Counted from the first letter of the stretch, positions 13,995 to 27,000 are shown. The stretch is DNA of 64,000 nucleotides from Balanoglossus misakiensis (GCA_040954595.2 CM082594.2:1010247-1074246), one strand, 5' to 3'. Notes: generated by a model from the letters alone, not told the origin. Numbers and translations are program-made.

Positions 13995-15203
13995 CATTGT
14001 ATGTTGCCTGTAAGGCACACATCTCTAATTGGTACATTGGGCCTATCATACTGTACATGTACAACTAGGAAAATGTACTTCATCATATTTCCATAGTCAG
14101 CAGCTTCAAGAACATGTTGCCTTCTCTATATGAATGTTTAGACTAAAAAGAAGTATAAGAAGAATAAAGTTGTCCAATTATTGTTGGCAGGGGGTGGGGA
14201 TGTGTGCTCCCAAACAAATGTATATGGGTATGTACTCTTTAAGAAAAACCTTCATATGCAAGAGAAAAATGGTAAATGACAAAGAAAATTTGACTGGTAT
14301 TACAATAGGTCGGGTTTTTGGCATTTACACATATTGATGTCATCAACCGGGAAGCACACTACGTGCTGAAAATAATTGGAGACCTCTCGCCCGGGGTGTC
14401 GGCCAGTGGCCACATACAGTCCTAAACCTTGCATCAGTTCTGTGGTGCGGATTAAGAAATAAGATCGGCGCTACAATATGCCCACTTAGTTTGAAATGGA
14501 TTCTGCATTTATACATGTAAACACATTGAAAATGAGATATTACACATATAATCATGGGACAAGAAGGGCAAAAATTAAATTATCCAGCAGGCGTTCGAAT
14601 TATGCAAATTAGAACAGTTGTCTAATATTGCCATGTCAACCACGTTGAAATTGTTTTAGGTACCCATATTAATTAAAACCGTGAAAATGCGATATTACAC
14701 ACCATATAAGACAAACCAGGGAAATTTACATGTTAGAGAAGTTTGTCGGCCATTTTGGATTATGCAAATTAGAACAGTTGTCTAATATTGCCATGTCAAC
14801 CACACTGAAATTGTTTTAGTTACCCATATTGATGAAAACCCTTCAAATGCGATACTACACGCTATTTAAGACGACCATAGGAAATTTACATGTTAGAGGA
14901 GTTTGGCGGCCATTTTGGACTATGCAAATGAGAAGAGTTGAACAAAAAATGCCATATTTGCAATGCTGTTGTCTTGTTTTGGGTGCCTATGTTAAGGCTT
15001 GAAAATGAAAGCTTATTCACCATTTTGGCACAAACAGTGGCGAGAAGGTGTTCCAATGTAACTTAGAAGAGTTGCCATATTTGCAATACAGTTATATTGT
15101 TTAAGGTATGAATGCAAATCCTGAATATTAGATTTATAACAATTTCATTGGAAAGAACATTTGTAGGTTCATCATTGACCCCATAGGACTGTCAACTCGA
15201 CTA
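13995..15203 (-). mobile_element. Mirror copy of the Academ element, truncated at the satellite
   Basis: Terminus gtcaactcgacTA|cag at 15203 is the reverse complement of 40640-40655. Contains the same subterminal repeats (14580-15100) and coding remnant (14000-14500). Confidence 0.7.
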
Positions 15204-15339
15204 CAGACAGTCTCGACGAACACAAGACATGATCCCAATTTGCAAGCTGAGTTGAAACTGACTGCTGCAGTAACTTTAGCTCTGGGAATGTCTTGTGTGA
15301 TTTAAAGCAATTGATGACCAAATTTAACACAGTTTCTCT

Positions 15340-16040
15340 GAGGTAACCACTTAGCTTTCGTGACTGGTTGTTTAAGAATCCAAAAAACATGAATTCTACC
15401 CAATGAATTCAACCCTTAGAATTTCAGAGTTTGCAGTCATGCACAAAAGTGTGTATCATACACATAAGAAATTTCTCACATGTATTTTTATGATGGCAAT
15501 GCATTTGACTGTAAACAAACATTGACATCAGTCAGTAGCGCTATTTTGTCAGTGAAATGGCTTCATCATCATCCCTCCAACCAAAGTTGAAACTGAGTTG
15601 CAAATATTGCACAGCTTGAAATCATAAAATGTTGCAAAATTGAACCAACAGTTCGGTCAATGATCAAGTTCTTACAGCTATTATTAGAACCAGACAATCT
15701 CAGCGAACAAGAGACATGGGCCTTATTTGCAAGTCGAGTTAGAACTGCCTTTGCCTGCCCACGGACGCCCCAGTTTCAGCAAAAATTATTGCATTAAAAT
15801 GTGAGTATGGAGAACTATGCTCTGTGTTCCTTTTGTTAGCTTACATAGCTGTTGTCATTCTAGTTTTTCCTCTGTCCTGTGAACAGAGTTTCAGTTGCGA
15901 AAACCGACAGTTCTCAAAGTACAAAAGTACACCTAAATTGCCTCGGTGATGAGCATGCAGAATTTATCTGATGCTTTTTACTGGCAGAAGGACCCCACCA
16001 GTTGCAGATTGTCAATTCCATGGCACAAGGGAATTTACGC
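15340..16040 (+). pseudogene. hAT (ZNF862-like) transposase C-terminal / dimerisation-domain remnant, repeat copy A1
   Basis: Reads EYGELCSVFLLLAYIAVVILVFPLSCEQSFSCENR...(L)GDEH...LAEGPP (15805-16000), matching the hAT motif PVSS..CERSFS...K...R..L. Upstream LLEPDNLSEQETWALF. Confidence 0.6.
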
Positions 16041-17384
16041 TTTGCGTTCAAATATAAATAATTAAAACCTGTTTAATTTTTCTATATGTTCTTTAGTGAT
16101 GATTCAAAAGTATTATGACTGCTAGTGTGATTAATATTCTATTTTCAAAATGTGTTTCTCTTAATGATTATGAATACATCAAAATTTATGCTTTAAAATT
16201 ATATCATTTTACCTGAAATATTGCAAATATTTGGAGGGTTGCATTTAATTTGAAGTTCTCGATCAAAGTTTTAGGCATAAAAAAGGTGCTACACCCCCGA
16301 AAAATTGGTAGCTATGAATTCAATTCAAAGAGTGTTGTAATGTCTGTTTTGCAACAGGGTGCCAGTTCAACAAAGCGCATGAGGATAGTAAATCACCTTT
16401 GTGAATTTTGTGCACCACAGTAAGAATTCCCTAGAAACTGCAAACTAAATTGCAAAGCAATCAGACAAAAATGGCAGAAATTGCCAAAAAAACCCAAAAC
16501 AATATTGTCACTTCCATCACTGGGTTTGTTAAATTGTCATAAAATCACACCTAAGAACATGCAAACCAAATTTTAAAAAAAATGTGGATAGAGGTTTCTG
16601 AGTATATGACGACCAAAATCACCCCAAAAATATACTTCAAAAATGAAAAACAATATCTGTATAAAGTCTCAATAACATAAACACACACCAATTTCTAAAG
16701 CAATCTGACCAGTACCTTCTTGAGTTTCTGAGTTTAGAACAATTTCACATTGGTCCCAATGGTATATTGACATATACAAAATTGGACCTAAAGAGTAAAA
16801 CATATTTCAAAGATTTTACAATTAAAGCCTCACAAGCTGCCAAATTTTACACATCTTTTTCCACAATAACATTTTTCAAATCATCCACCTATCCTTTAAA
16901 ATCAGCACCATTGAGCCATATTACTTGAATTTGCATGGGGTTTGTCATCTCTCTGCGATGTGTACCCTCCATATGGAGGCTGATTAAAACAGGTGTGGCA
17001 CTCGTTTAATATCTGACTTCTTTAAATTGCAACATACAGGCACATTCATTAGTCAATAAAATGTTCATGTATACCTATCAGTCAGTTTGTTTAGATGAAC
17101 AAATCTAAGATGGAAAGTAATATCATGAAAATACTGAAAGATTGGAAACTCTGAGTTTGAGTCTAAGGATAACAAGGGAACCTCTCTACTATTTGAAGCA
17201 CCAAAGCTATGAAAAACTTCCTTCTTTCCCTCAAATATTTTTTATGAATATGTTCTACTCCGTGATTAAAATTTCCCTTTTACCAAATGTACATATGTAA
17301 GAGACGAGATTTTTTCAGCAAAATTTCAAATGGCCTAGGGTGACTTTTTACCTACTTACCCATATTGGGTAGCATGAAACACAG

Positions 17385-18590
17385 AATGGCATACCAGTGG
17401 GTTAGAGATACAGCGTTTTATATTAACATGAATTAACATGAAACTAAAAATTTGATGGTTTACTTAGGACTGCCTTGATCCATGGTAACCTCATTAAATA
17501 TGTACATATCTAATTCTAGGCTATCCAGTTGCGGTAGAAACCTGGACATGGACAACTTTGGGGTCAAAATCTTTTGACAAAATGTTGGGTGATCTTGGGT
17601 AAACTTTGACCTACATTCCTATATCTTGGCATCCGGCACAGATACATTCTTGACACTTGGAGTGATGGAACTGCATAATGGAGTATTATGTCTCAGCTAG
17701 TCACAGTGCTTTTCCTGTGTCTTTTATTCAGCCAAATTAGATGTTTTTCATTACACATTGGCTGTGTTTGCCAGTACATTTTAGCTGGTCACACTGCCTT
17801 AACACAATGTATTCTCAAAATACTCTGCAATCTTTATGAAGCATATACAGCAGACAAAGTTGTGGTAAGACTGAACTTGCCCTTCTTTGTGATTAAAGCA
17901 TGACCGGCCTGTCTTAGGTGGCCCCTACCTAGGGGCTTTACCCGTCATTGGCTCACAGTCTGAGAAATCAGCTCTGCAGGGAAGTTAACGATGTAACCCA
18001 CCATTAAAGCTTGGATTCCCGCTTTTTGTATTTGATGCCTGGCTGAGGCCTTCTTAGGATCTACCCAACGCTGAGTAGGCTATCCCGTCATTGGCACACA
18101 GTCTCAGGGAGGGAGTCAAAAGTTCAGTATACCATCAAAGCCTTTATATTGTCCATTCTTTTTAAGAGAAGGCTGGCTGCTGTAGAAAAATGTTGATCTC
18201 AAATTTATCATGTCCAAAAAGCCAGACTTCCAGCCCTATTGGTTAGGCTGGCATTAGGTAAGTACATAATTAATGAGGCAAGACATAATACTCAATCAAA
18301 TAGTTCCATCACTCCAAGTGTCAAGGTTGTATCTGCTCCGGATGCTAAAATATAGGAATGTAGGTCAAAGTTTACCCAAGATCACACAAATGTTTGTCAA
18401 AAGATTTTGACCCCGAAGTTGTCCATGTCCAGGTTTCTACTTCAGCTGAATAGCCTAGAATTAGATATGCACATATTTAACGAGGTTACCATTGCTCAGG
18501 GGGGTCTTAAATTAACCATCAAATTTTAGTTTCATATTAATGCATATTAATATAAAACACTGTATCTCTAACCCTACAGGTAAGCCTAGA
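17385..18590. repeat. Nested foldback: ~300-bp inverted repeats (17385-17690 / 18285-18590) around a ~600-bp core
   Basis: gttagagatacagcgttttatattaac (17401) pairs with ttaatataaaacactgtatctctaacc (18547). The IR sequence resembles the internal part of the Helentron units (ggacatggac..ggggtcaaaa..gttgggtga..tttgaccta). Confidence 0.85.
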
Positions 18591-20071
18591 ATTAGGTACA
18601 TGTACATGCGTAAGTTTTTGACAAGACAGTTAAGCTGTAATATATGTACATGAACCTTGACAATTGACTTAAAATAACATAAAGGCAGAACTGATACTGA
18701 TTGGAGATAGATATTACTAATGACAGTGATGTTAATTACACCAGGAATGTTTGTCTTAGTATACGGTAGCTAACCGACTGCTTGAGGTTAAGTAATGAAA
18801 GTGCCCACTTGCGATTCACCTTCAAATAGCTACTTAGTCTTTGGTACATGTACATTGTTTTTCCAATGATTAGACAAAGGATATACATACGTGTAATTAA
18901 GGTTGGGTAGCATTTTCAATGTAATAAGCCCTGCCTTCACTATAATCTTACACCAAATCAACACTGTTCAGTAATGTTATAGGCTTCAAAGCGACGCTAG
19001 TTACATCATAATTCCCAGCAAGGGGTATTAGTTTATTGGGCAAGTGGCATGAGTGAGGCCAGACATTAGTTTTGGAAGCAAAGCGGACAGAACACTGCCG
19101 GGCATAGACTAGGTAGTTCTGAATGTGACCATGGACGTTACCACATTAGACTCTGTATTGTAAGTTTCTGAAGAATCGCAACAAATCATCAACAGTCTAC
19201 ATGTACTTCAACCTTGTGAGAAGTACTGTATAACACACAGGATATACTAGTCACTGTTGGTCAGGTACGTTATTACACACTGTGGTCCCATCTGGGGATT
19301 ACACAAAATTAGGTATGTCTGTGTTCATGGGAAAAATCATGTGACATTGGCAAGCAGATATGACCTACTGTAAGAACATTTCAAAGGAACCAGACAAGTA
19401 TTGTAGGGAAAACAACATTCAACAATGACAAAAACTGCCTCAAACCACATCTATCCAACTATCAACAAATTGTATAATATCTACTTCAATCACCACGCCT
19501 ACCAAAGTTGAAAGCAATCTGACTAGTAGTTTCAAAGAATACAAATTGCAAAAATTGCCCCAAGACCACAATATGTAAATTTCACCAAAATGATATACAA
19601 CATTACTTGGGTTACCTCTTGGAACAAGCATACCAAAATTTAAAAGCAATCTAAGGAGTTTCTCAGAAAATGAATTTTGACCAAAAATGACAGATTACAA
19701 ATTCTGCGACAATTTAAACAAAACCAACTAAGATCACCTACCGGAAGTGTCATACTAAATTCTAAAGAAATCAGCCAATCTCTTTAAGAGGAAAAGATTT
19801 TTTTTCAAATGGTAAAACAAGACAAAATAATTGCATAAAAAATAGACAATTCACGATATAAACTCAAAGTATATCAGGTATGATGACATTACCTACATGC
19901 ATACAAATGTTCAAAGCAGTCTAACCAGTTGTTGAGTTTTGATCAATTCCACATATTTCACAGGTTATTTGCGTATTTTTGCAATGACAACTTCATTTAA
20001 GCAAAATCCCATCTACACACCAAATATCAAGGTGATACGCGAAGTGGTTTCATGTTTTGGATCAGGGCAGA

Positions 20072-20169
20072 CATACATCCATATATACATGTAACATGCA
20101 TACACACATGTACACACACACACAAACACATGCATACATGCATACATACATACATACATACATACATAC
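20072..20169 (+). repeat. (CATA)n/(CA)n microsatellite within an old HINE-like remnant
   Basis: catacatacatacatacatacataca. A shorter mirror lies at 34339-34378. Confidence 0.8.
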
Positions 20170-20220
20170 AGAGGGAAACGGTCTGGTAATCAATGTTGTG
20201 ACACTAGCATTAGGCCTTAA

Positions 20221-20660
20221 ACCCCGGTGCGGAAAGTACTGGGGTTCGGATTAACGTGTGTTTGTACAGTTGTTTATTTGGGAGTGGTCGTCGTGCATAA
20301 TAACTGTGTAATTGATCTCATGTACATAGAAAATAATTGAACACTTTACACCTCTATGCGATTGACAGCTGTTTGAATGGCGTGGTTATTGTTTCCCAGG
20401 GATGCTTCTGAAAAGCACTGAAACCAGATTTCTCCCAAAATCATCGTTGTTTCAAAAGCTCGTGTACTTTTTCATCGATAACTTTATGTTGTGTGTGTTT
20501 ATAAAGCCAACCACTGTCGTTGTGTGGTGTAATTCTTTATGCTTGGATCTGTTTGGGCCGATTTTCATAGAGCCAAGATCGTTGGTGTTGTCTGTTGTCA
20601 GTCAAACGGCATTAAGATTCGCCACTGATTTGGGGGGTATTTTATACCACGCATCGGGGT
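20221..20660. mobile_element. 440-bp TTAA-specific MITE (Kolobok- or piggyBac-like), left arm only
   Basis: TTAA|ACCCCGGTGCG...CGCATCGGGGT|TTAA. The empty site (cattaaggcc) is in the mirror arm at ~34261. Confidence 0.85.
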
Positions 20661-22114
20661 TTAATGTTTACGATATCAGGACAATTTATATCATATGAAG
20701 TTTTATGTATTCATAATTATTCAGAGAAGCAAATTTTTAAAAATGTGAAATTGTTATCAATCGGATGTGCACTGACAGCATGCTTATATGGAATACAGGT
20801 ACTCTAACACAATCAGTCATAACACTTTTGAATCATCAATAAATAACATATAGAATAATTTTACAGGATTTAATTATTTATATTTGAACGCAAAGCGTAA
20901 ATTCCCTTGTGCCATGGAATTCACAATCTGCAACTGGTGGGGTCCTTCTGCCAGTAAGAAGCATCAGATAAATTCTGCATGCTCATCACCGAGGCAATTT
21001 AGGTGTACTTTTGTACTTTGAGAACTGTCGGTTTTCGCAACTGAAACTCTGCTCACAGGACGGAGGAAAAACTAGAATGACAACAGCTATGTAAGCTAAC
21101 AAAAGAAACACAGAGCATAGTTCTCCATACTCATATTTTAATGCAATAATTTTTGCTGAAATTGGGGCGTCCGTGGGCAGGCAAAGGCAGTTCTAACTCA
21201 ACTTGCAAATCAGGCCCATGGCTCTTGTTCCCTGAGACTGTCTGGTTCTAATAATAGCTGTAAGAACATAATCGTTGACCAAACGGTTGGTTCAATTTTG
21301 CAACATTTTATGATTTCAAGCTGTGCAATATTTGCAACTCTGTTTCAACTTTGGTTGGAGGGATGATGATGAAGCCATTTCTATGGAACGCCGTAACTGT
21401 CTTATATGATTACAGGAAATATTGTCTTCCGCATTTATAGTACATGCTAGGCATTGCAGTTAAATTATATGCATTTGTTAATATTGCCAACTATTTTGTC
21501 ACTTTATTCAAGCCATTTAGTTTACCATCCTAGCCATTTGTCATACTATTATAGCCAAACATTGTGATTTCTAATCCTCTTCTCCGTTTATACTAGTTAT
21601 TTACCATATTACGTTAGGCATTTGTCATATTACGTTATTCATTGTGTGTATTGTATTACGCATTTGGTATGCAATTATTGGCATTTTTTCATAATGCGTA
21701 GTCTTTTATTACTTTATGTTAGTTATTTGGTATATCCTGTTTGGCATTGCAGTTGAATTATGTGCATTTAGCGTACCATCCTAGCTATTTGCCATAATGT
21801 TAAACTCTTGTTAGGTTAATACTGGTAATTTAATAAATTATTTAAGACATTTGTTACATTATTTTGGGCATATATTATAATCTTTCACTCTTTTCTTAGT
21901 TTTTGCAAGTTATCTTGTTAACTTGGTTAGGCATTTGTCTTATTATTTAAGGCATCTATGATTAATTTTAATTCCTTTGCCAGTTTGTGCTAGTTATTTT
22001 GTAGATCTATCTAGACAAATGTCAGATTATCTTACGCATTTTTACAATGTTTATGCTTTCGCCGTTTTGTCATAGCCATTCACTTCGTTGTGGTAGACAA
22101 TGTTGGGCCCATTA

Positions 22115-22585
22115 GTGAGGGCGCTGCTCCAGTGGTAGTCTTCTGGCGTATCGTCATAGGCAATTTATACATCATGCAAGGCATTTTCGTTATTGTAGGC
22201 ATTTGTGCTGGCGTATCGTCATAGGCAATTTGTACATCATGCAAGGCATTTTCGTTATTGTAGGCATTTGTGAGGGCGCTGCTCCAGTGGTAGTCTTCTG
22301 GCGTATCGTCATAGGCAATTTGTACATCATGCAAGGCATTTTCGTTATTGTAGGCATTTGTGCTGGCGTATCGTCATAGGCAATTTGTACATCATGCAAG
22401 GCATTTTCGTTATTGTAGGCATTTGTGAGGGCGCTGCTCCAGTGGTAGTCTTCTGGCGTATCGTCATAGGCAATTTGTACATCATGCAAGGCATTTTCGT
22501 TATTGTAGGCATTTGTGCTGGCGTATCGTCATAGGCAATTTGTACATCATGCAAGGCATTTTCGTTATAGTAGGCATTTGTGCGG
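22115..22585. repeat. 155-bp (65+90) tandem repeat in the left TIR, 3 copies (2 copies at 24235-24555)
   Basis: ggcgtatcgtcataggcaatttgtacatcatgcaaggcattttcgttattgtaggcatttgtg is repeated. ORF spacing is 155. Confidence 0.9.
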
Positions 22586-23255
22586 GCGCTGTTCGGCAAT
22601 CCCAATGAAGCATGGGAAATAAAGCGGGGTCACGGGGTAATTCGTGCCAAAACTCTGCAAAGCGTGAGTGGTGTTCTATGGCAGTGCATTCGTATCAGGG
22701 CAAGTTTCAACATAGCGCTGGGTCACGATACGCATTTTTCTACAAACAATCACGTAAAAAGCAATAACATAAACACAGCTATATCGACTATAACTTATTT
22801 TTTCGGAATATCATCCTTATCTCACAGCGAAATGTGTTTTTCGTCATCTTGTTGTGCTGTTCGTTGTTCAAAGTGTCGCAACGCAGTGGGCATGCACATT
22901 TCCCTAAGCTGTTTATTTATAAATAAATGTGACTTTCGAAGGAAATAATTTTTTGTCAAGATGATTGGTCATTACAAACTGATGTATATCAATTTCATTG
23001 AAATATATACCCCAGCCACAAGAGAACTCGGCCTTGCACTGCACCGGAGCCACGGAGAACCCCGACGGCGGCTCCGCTGCTCAGTCTGCTGCATTGTTCA
23101 CACCGTCAAACGGCGGATTAGGGCTCCAAGTCAAGCGAAATACTTTTCATGAATATTGTAATACTTTTAAAAATTGGTCTTCTTAAAAACGGAGTATACG
23201 ACCTAGGCCTTACATGTCCTACAATCAATACGTTAATTGTTGTACTAGTAGCTAA

Positions 23256-24012
23256 GGGACCGTTCAGTTTTTACGGCAGGGAGGGGGGGGGGGGCTGGCA
23301 AGTTTGTGTCATCGGTTCTCAAAATCAGGCCGACCCCCCCTTCACCCAGGACCAAAAAATGATGACCCCCCCCTTTGACAGACCCAAAAATATGATGACC
23401 TCCCCCCCCCACGCCCAAAACATTCGCCGTCCTGATCCTATGTACACTGTATGCAATAAAGGGAATGAGGCTCCTCACACCTCAATTATAAATTTCTTAA
23501 AGTATTATTGAAGTATATAATAGTATATCGTTGCAATAAAGAAATCCATGAACAAATTAAAATGACAAGTCAATAAAATAGTTGCTGGAATCGGTAAAAC
23601 AAGAAAAGTGATGGGGGTGGGTGTGGGAGGGGGACTGCTTTTTTGTAAAATACGGTGCTCAAAGTTGCAATTTAATGAACTCAAAAACAAATTAACTAAA
23701 TGTTAGGGAGGACAAATTTTAATTTTGCCACTCCACTCAAAGTAAGCATCGGGGGTGGGGTGGCAAGAAATCTTCCCTGGTACACTAGACAAACCAGCCC
23801 AAAATGAAATGTGGCGGAGAATGAAGGGGGTGGGTGTGGGAGGGGGTGTCCACCTCCCACATGAGAAAATTTTGTAAAATAAAGGGTGCGAAACTGCAAT
23901 TTTGTGGACTCTAAAGCAAAAGTTCGGTGGCAAAAGTATGTGACCCCACCCCCCTAAACGTTTAAAAAAAACCAATGACCCCCCCCCCCCCTTGTGGACT
24001 TCAAAATTTATA
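23256..24012 (-). mobile_element. Harbinger-like MITE, truncated, inside the foldback spacer
   Basis: TAA|GGGACCGTTCAGTTTTTACGG start. Inverted homolog of 39481-40304, cut off where the right TIR begins. Confidence 0.75.
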
Positions 24013-27000
24013 GATATTCCGAAAAAATAAGTTACAGGCGATATAGCTGTGTTTATGTTATTGCTTTTTACATGATTGTTTGTAGAAAAATGCGTATCGT
24101 GACCCAGCGCTATGTTGAAACTTGCCCTGATACGAATGCACTGCCATAGAACACCACTCACGCTTTGCAGAGTTTTGGCACGAATGACCCCGTGACCCCG
24201 CTTTATTTCCCATGATTCATTGGGATTGCCGAACAGCGCCCGCACAAATGCCTACAATAACGAAAATGCCTTGCATGATGTACAAATTGCCTATGACGAT
24301 ACGCCAGCACAAATGCCTACAATAACGAAAATGCCTTGCATGATGTACAAATTGCCTATGACGATACGCCAGAAGACTACCACTGGAGCAGCGCCCTCAC
24401 AAATGCCTACAATAACGAAAATGCCTTGCATGATGTACAAATTGCCTATGACGATACGCCAGCACAAATGCCTACAATAACGAAAATGCCTTGCATGATG
24501 TACAAATTGCCTATGACGATACGCCAGAAGACTACCACTGGAGCAGCGCCCTCACTAATGGGCCCAACATTGTCTACCACAACGAAGTGAATGGCTATGA
24601 CAAAACGGCGAAAGCATAAACATTGTAAAAATGCGTAAGATAATCTGACATTTGTCTAGATAGATCTACAAAATAACTAGCACAAACTGGCAAAGGAATT
24701 AAAATTAATCATAGATGCCTTAAATAATAAGACAAATGCCTAACCAGGTTAACAAGATAACCTGCAAAAACTAAGAAAAGAGTGAAAGATTATCATATAT
24801 GCCCAAAATAATGTAACAAATGTCTTAAATAATTTATTAAATTACCAGTATTAACCTAACAAGAGTTTAACATTATGGCAAATAGCTAGGATGGTACGCT
24901 AAATGCACATAATTCAACTGCAATGTCAAACAGGATATACCAAATAACTAACATAAAGTAATAAAAGACTGTAAAATGCCAATAATTGCATACCAATTGC
25001 GTAATACAATACACAAAATGTCTCCCGTAATATGACAAATGCCTAACGTAATATGGTAAATAACTAGTATAAACGGAGAAGAGGATTAGAAATCACAATG
25101 TTTGGCTATAATAGTATGACAAATGGCTAGGATGGTAAACTAAATGGCTTGAATAAAGAGACAAAATAGTTGGCAATATTAACAAATGCATATAATTTAA
25201 CTGTAATGCCTATCATGTACTATAAATGCGGAAGACAATATTTCCTGTAATCATATAAGACAGTTACGGCGTTCCATACATTTCACTGACAAAATAGCAC
25301 TACTAACTGACGTCAATATTTGTTTACAGTCAAATGCATTGCCATCAGAAAAATGCATACGAAAAAATTCTTATGTGAATAATACACACTTTCTTGCACA
25401 ACTGCAAACTCTGTCACATTTGTGAAATTTTAAGGAAATTCATTCATTGGGTAGCTTTATGAATTCTTAAACAAACTTAGTCATGAAACCTAAATGGTTA
25501 CCTTACACATCTGGCGGCTCGACTTCTGTGATATGATAGTCTTCAATTAATGTGTATGTGATTCCATACAAATCCATATGATTACCTGAACGTACAAAAT
25601 AAATTAAAAATAAAAAATAAATTAAAAATAAATAAGTATCTCATACATATGCATAAGTGCTTGTGATAAATATATCATGTATTTAAATAAACCTGTCATT
25701 TATTGACCTCGTTTTCCTATTAACCCAAAGGACTAGATTGCACAGCTCAACATTGATATAAAGAGTGTCAAAATATTGGTGGCTACAAAACCTTGTGTCC
25801 CTTCAATCCATTCTCGCACTCAGGTGAAAACGAACGTCATTAGTTTTTGGGAAAAAACCTCTGAAATCAATTTCGGTGAGGCCAAATGTGTTCCAAAGGC
25901 AAACCGTTTCTGGTAAACAAATCAATGGCAAATAATTACTTCGGCGACATACCAATCAGTCAACATGGCTGCCTAATCGTTGGATAGCCCGGTTTCATCT
26001 CGCGATCATTCTATCTTCCGATATGGCGTTGCATGGTTAAATTCGTCTCTTCTTTGCCGACATAGTCGGGCGACAGCGGTCCAGAAGCATAGGCAGCGAC
26101 GCCATCTTGTTTACAATTTGAAGTATCGACTGCGCATGCTCAATAATTTTCCGCGTTTTTTTTTGCCAACGGCGCGCGCGCGGTGTCTGGTATAGAGAAA
26201 ATAACATGCAAGTGCGCGATTATTCATTGTAAAAAATCAGTTATACATTTGTCATCAACGTTTGAAAACTTTCAATGATCTTACCTCGGTAAGCATTTCA
26301 AATAGGTACATTTTTATTTAGAACCATCGTATGTGGAAAATAATAAAACACAGAGTGGGGATTGGCCCTATGTTTGACTTGATCATACCAAGCTCGGTTT
26401 GCGTTTTGTCATTGACGAGGGTGACAGACTTTTGCTGAGAGAGTGAGTTTCTATAGCGTAAACGTTTATTGACTGGACTTTCTGTGCGCCAACAATTACA
26501 TTATTTCTAGCGCCGTGTTTTTATCTTACGACCGAGAATACCTGCTTTCGTCACCATGGTCTGCTCTGCACGTACTATGCTTTCCAGTTTATGTAGCTTG
26601 AAGTTGTACCACATTTTGGTTTCCGAGCTGTAGCGAACATAAAACCGAAACTAATAGCTACGTGTTGACCGCAGCGACTGCGTGTTTTTTTGTTGAGCTC
26701 GCTAAATTCCAAGTATTCCCAACCTACAGTTTATTCTCATGCAGCTCAGACTGAGGTCGCTTCTAAGAGAAAAAACAACAACATATTTTGGCTGCTGCCA
26801 GACCAGGAATGGAAAATCTTGAGTGGCGCTGGGCTGCATTTCTCTGTAGGACTGTAGTTGTATTGTGCAAGGGTTCGCCAGCATCGCCTTCAGACTCTGT
26901 CATAGTCACTGGTGGCGGTTTGTCCTGCACTACTCGTCGTTCTATTTGATGTGGTGGTATTATTCCCAGATGTCTGTGCCGAGGATCCTGCCCGTTTTCC

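Larger units (their letters stand above)
21382..25278. mobile_element. Non-autonomous foldback DNA transposon with 1.3-1.4-kb TIRs, IS3EU-like
   Basis: Termini TATGGAACGCCGTAACTG...CAGTTACGGCGTTCCATA and a 6-bp TSD CATTTC (21376-81, 25279-84). Arms 21382-22812 and 24013-25278 are near-identical. Empty sites exist in paralogs A1/A3/A4. TAY..RTA ends with a 6-bp TSD match IS3EU. Confidence 0.8.
20870..25500 (-). pseudogene. hAT remnant copy A2, inverted relative to A1 and split by the 21382-25278 insertion
   Basis: 20870-21381 is the near-identical reverse complement of 15550-16070. Homology resumes at 25279. Confidence 0.65.
13995..26145 (+). repeat. Left arm of a giant imperfect inverted repeat (partner 32415-41750)
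   Basis: Reverse-complement matches: 14000-14300 vs 41450-41750; 17880-18290 vs 36190-36600; 18600-19650 vs 34900-35900; 25279-26145 vs 32415-33570. Confidence 0.95.

Noticed and set aside
22080-24590. Mirror ORFs MHDVQIAYDD... and MRALFGNP...
   Set aside because: Translations of the tandem repeats and TIRs of the foldback element, with no domain motifs.
21382-25278. Polinton/Maverick, suggested by the 6-bp TSD and long TIRs
   Set aside because: The termini are TA..TA rather than AG..CT, and there is no polB, integrase or capsid sequence.
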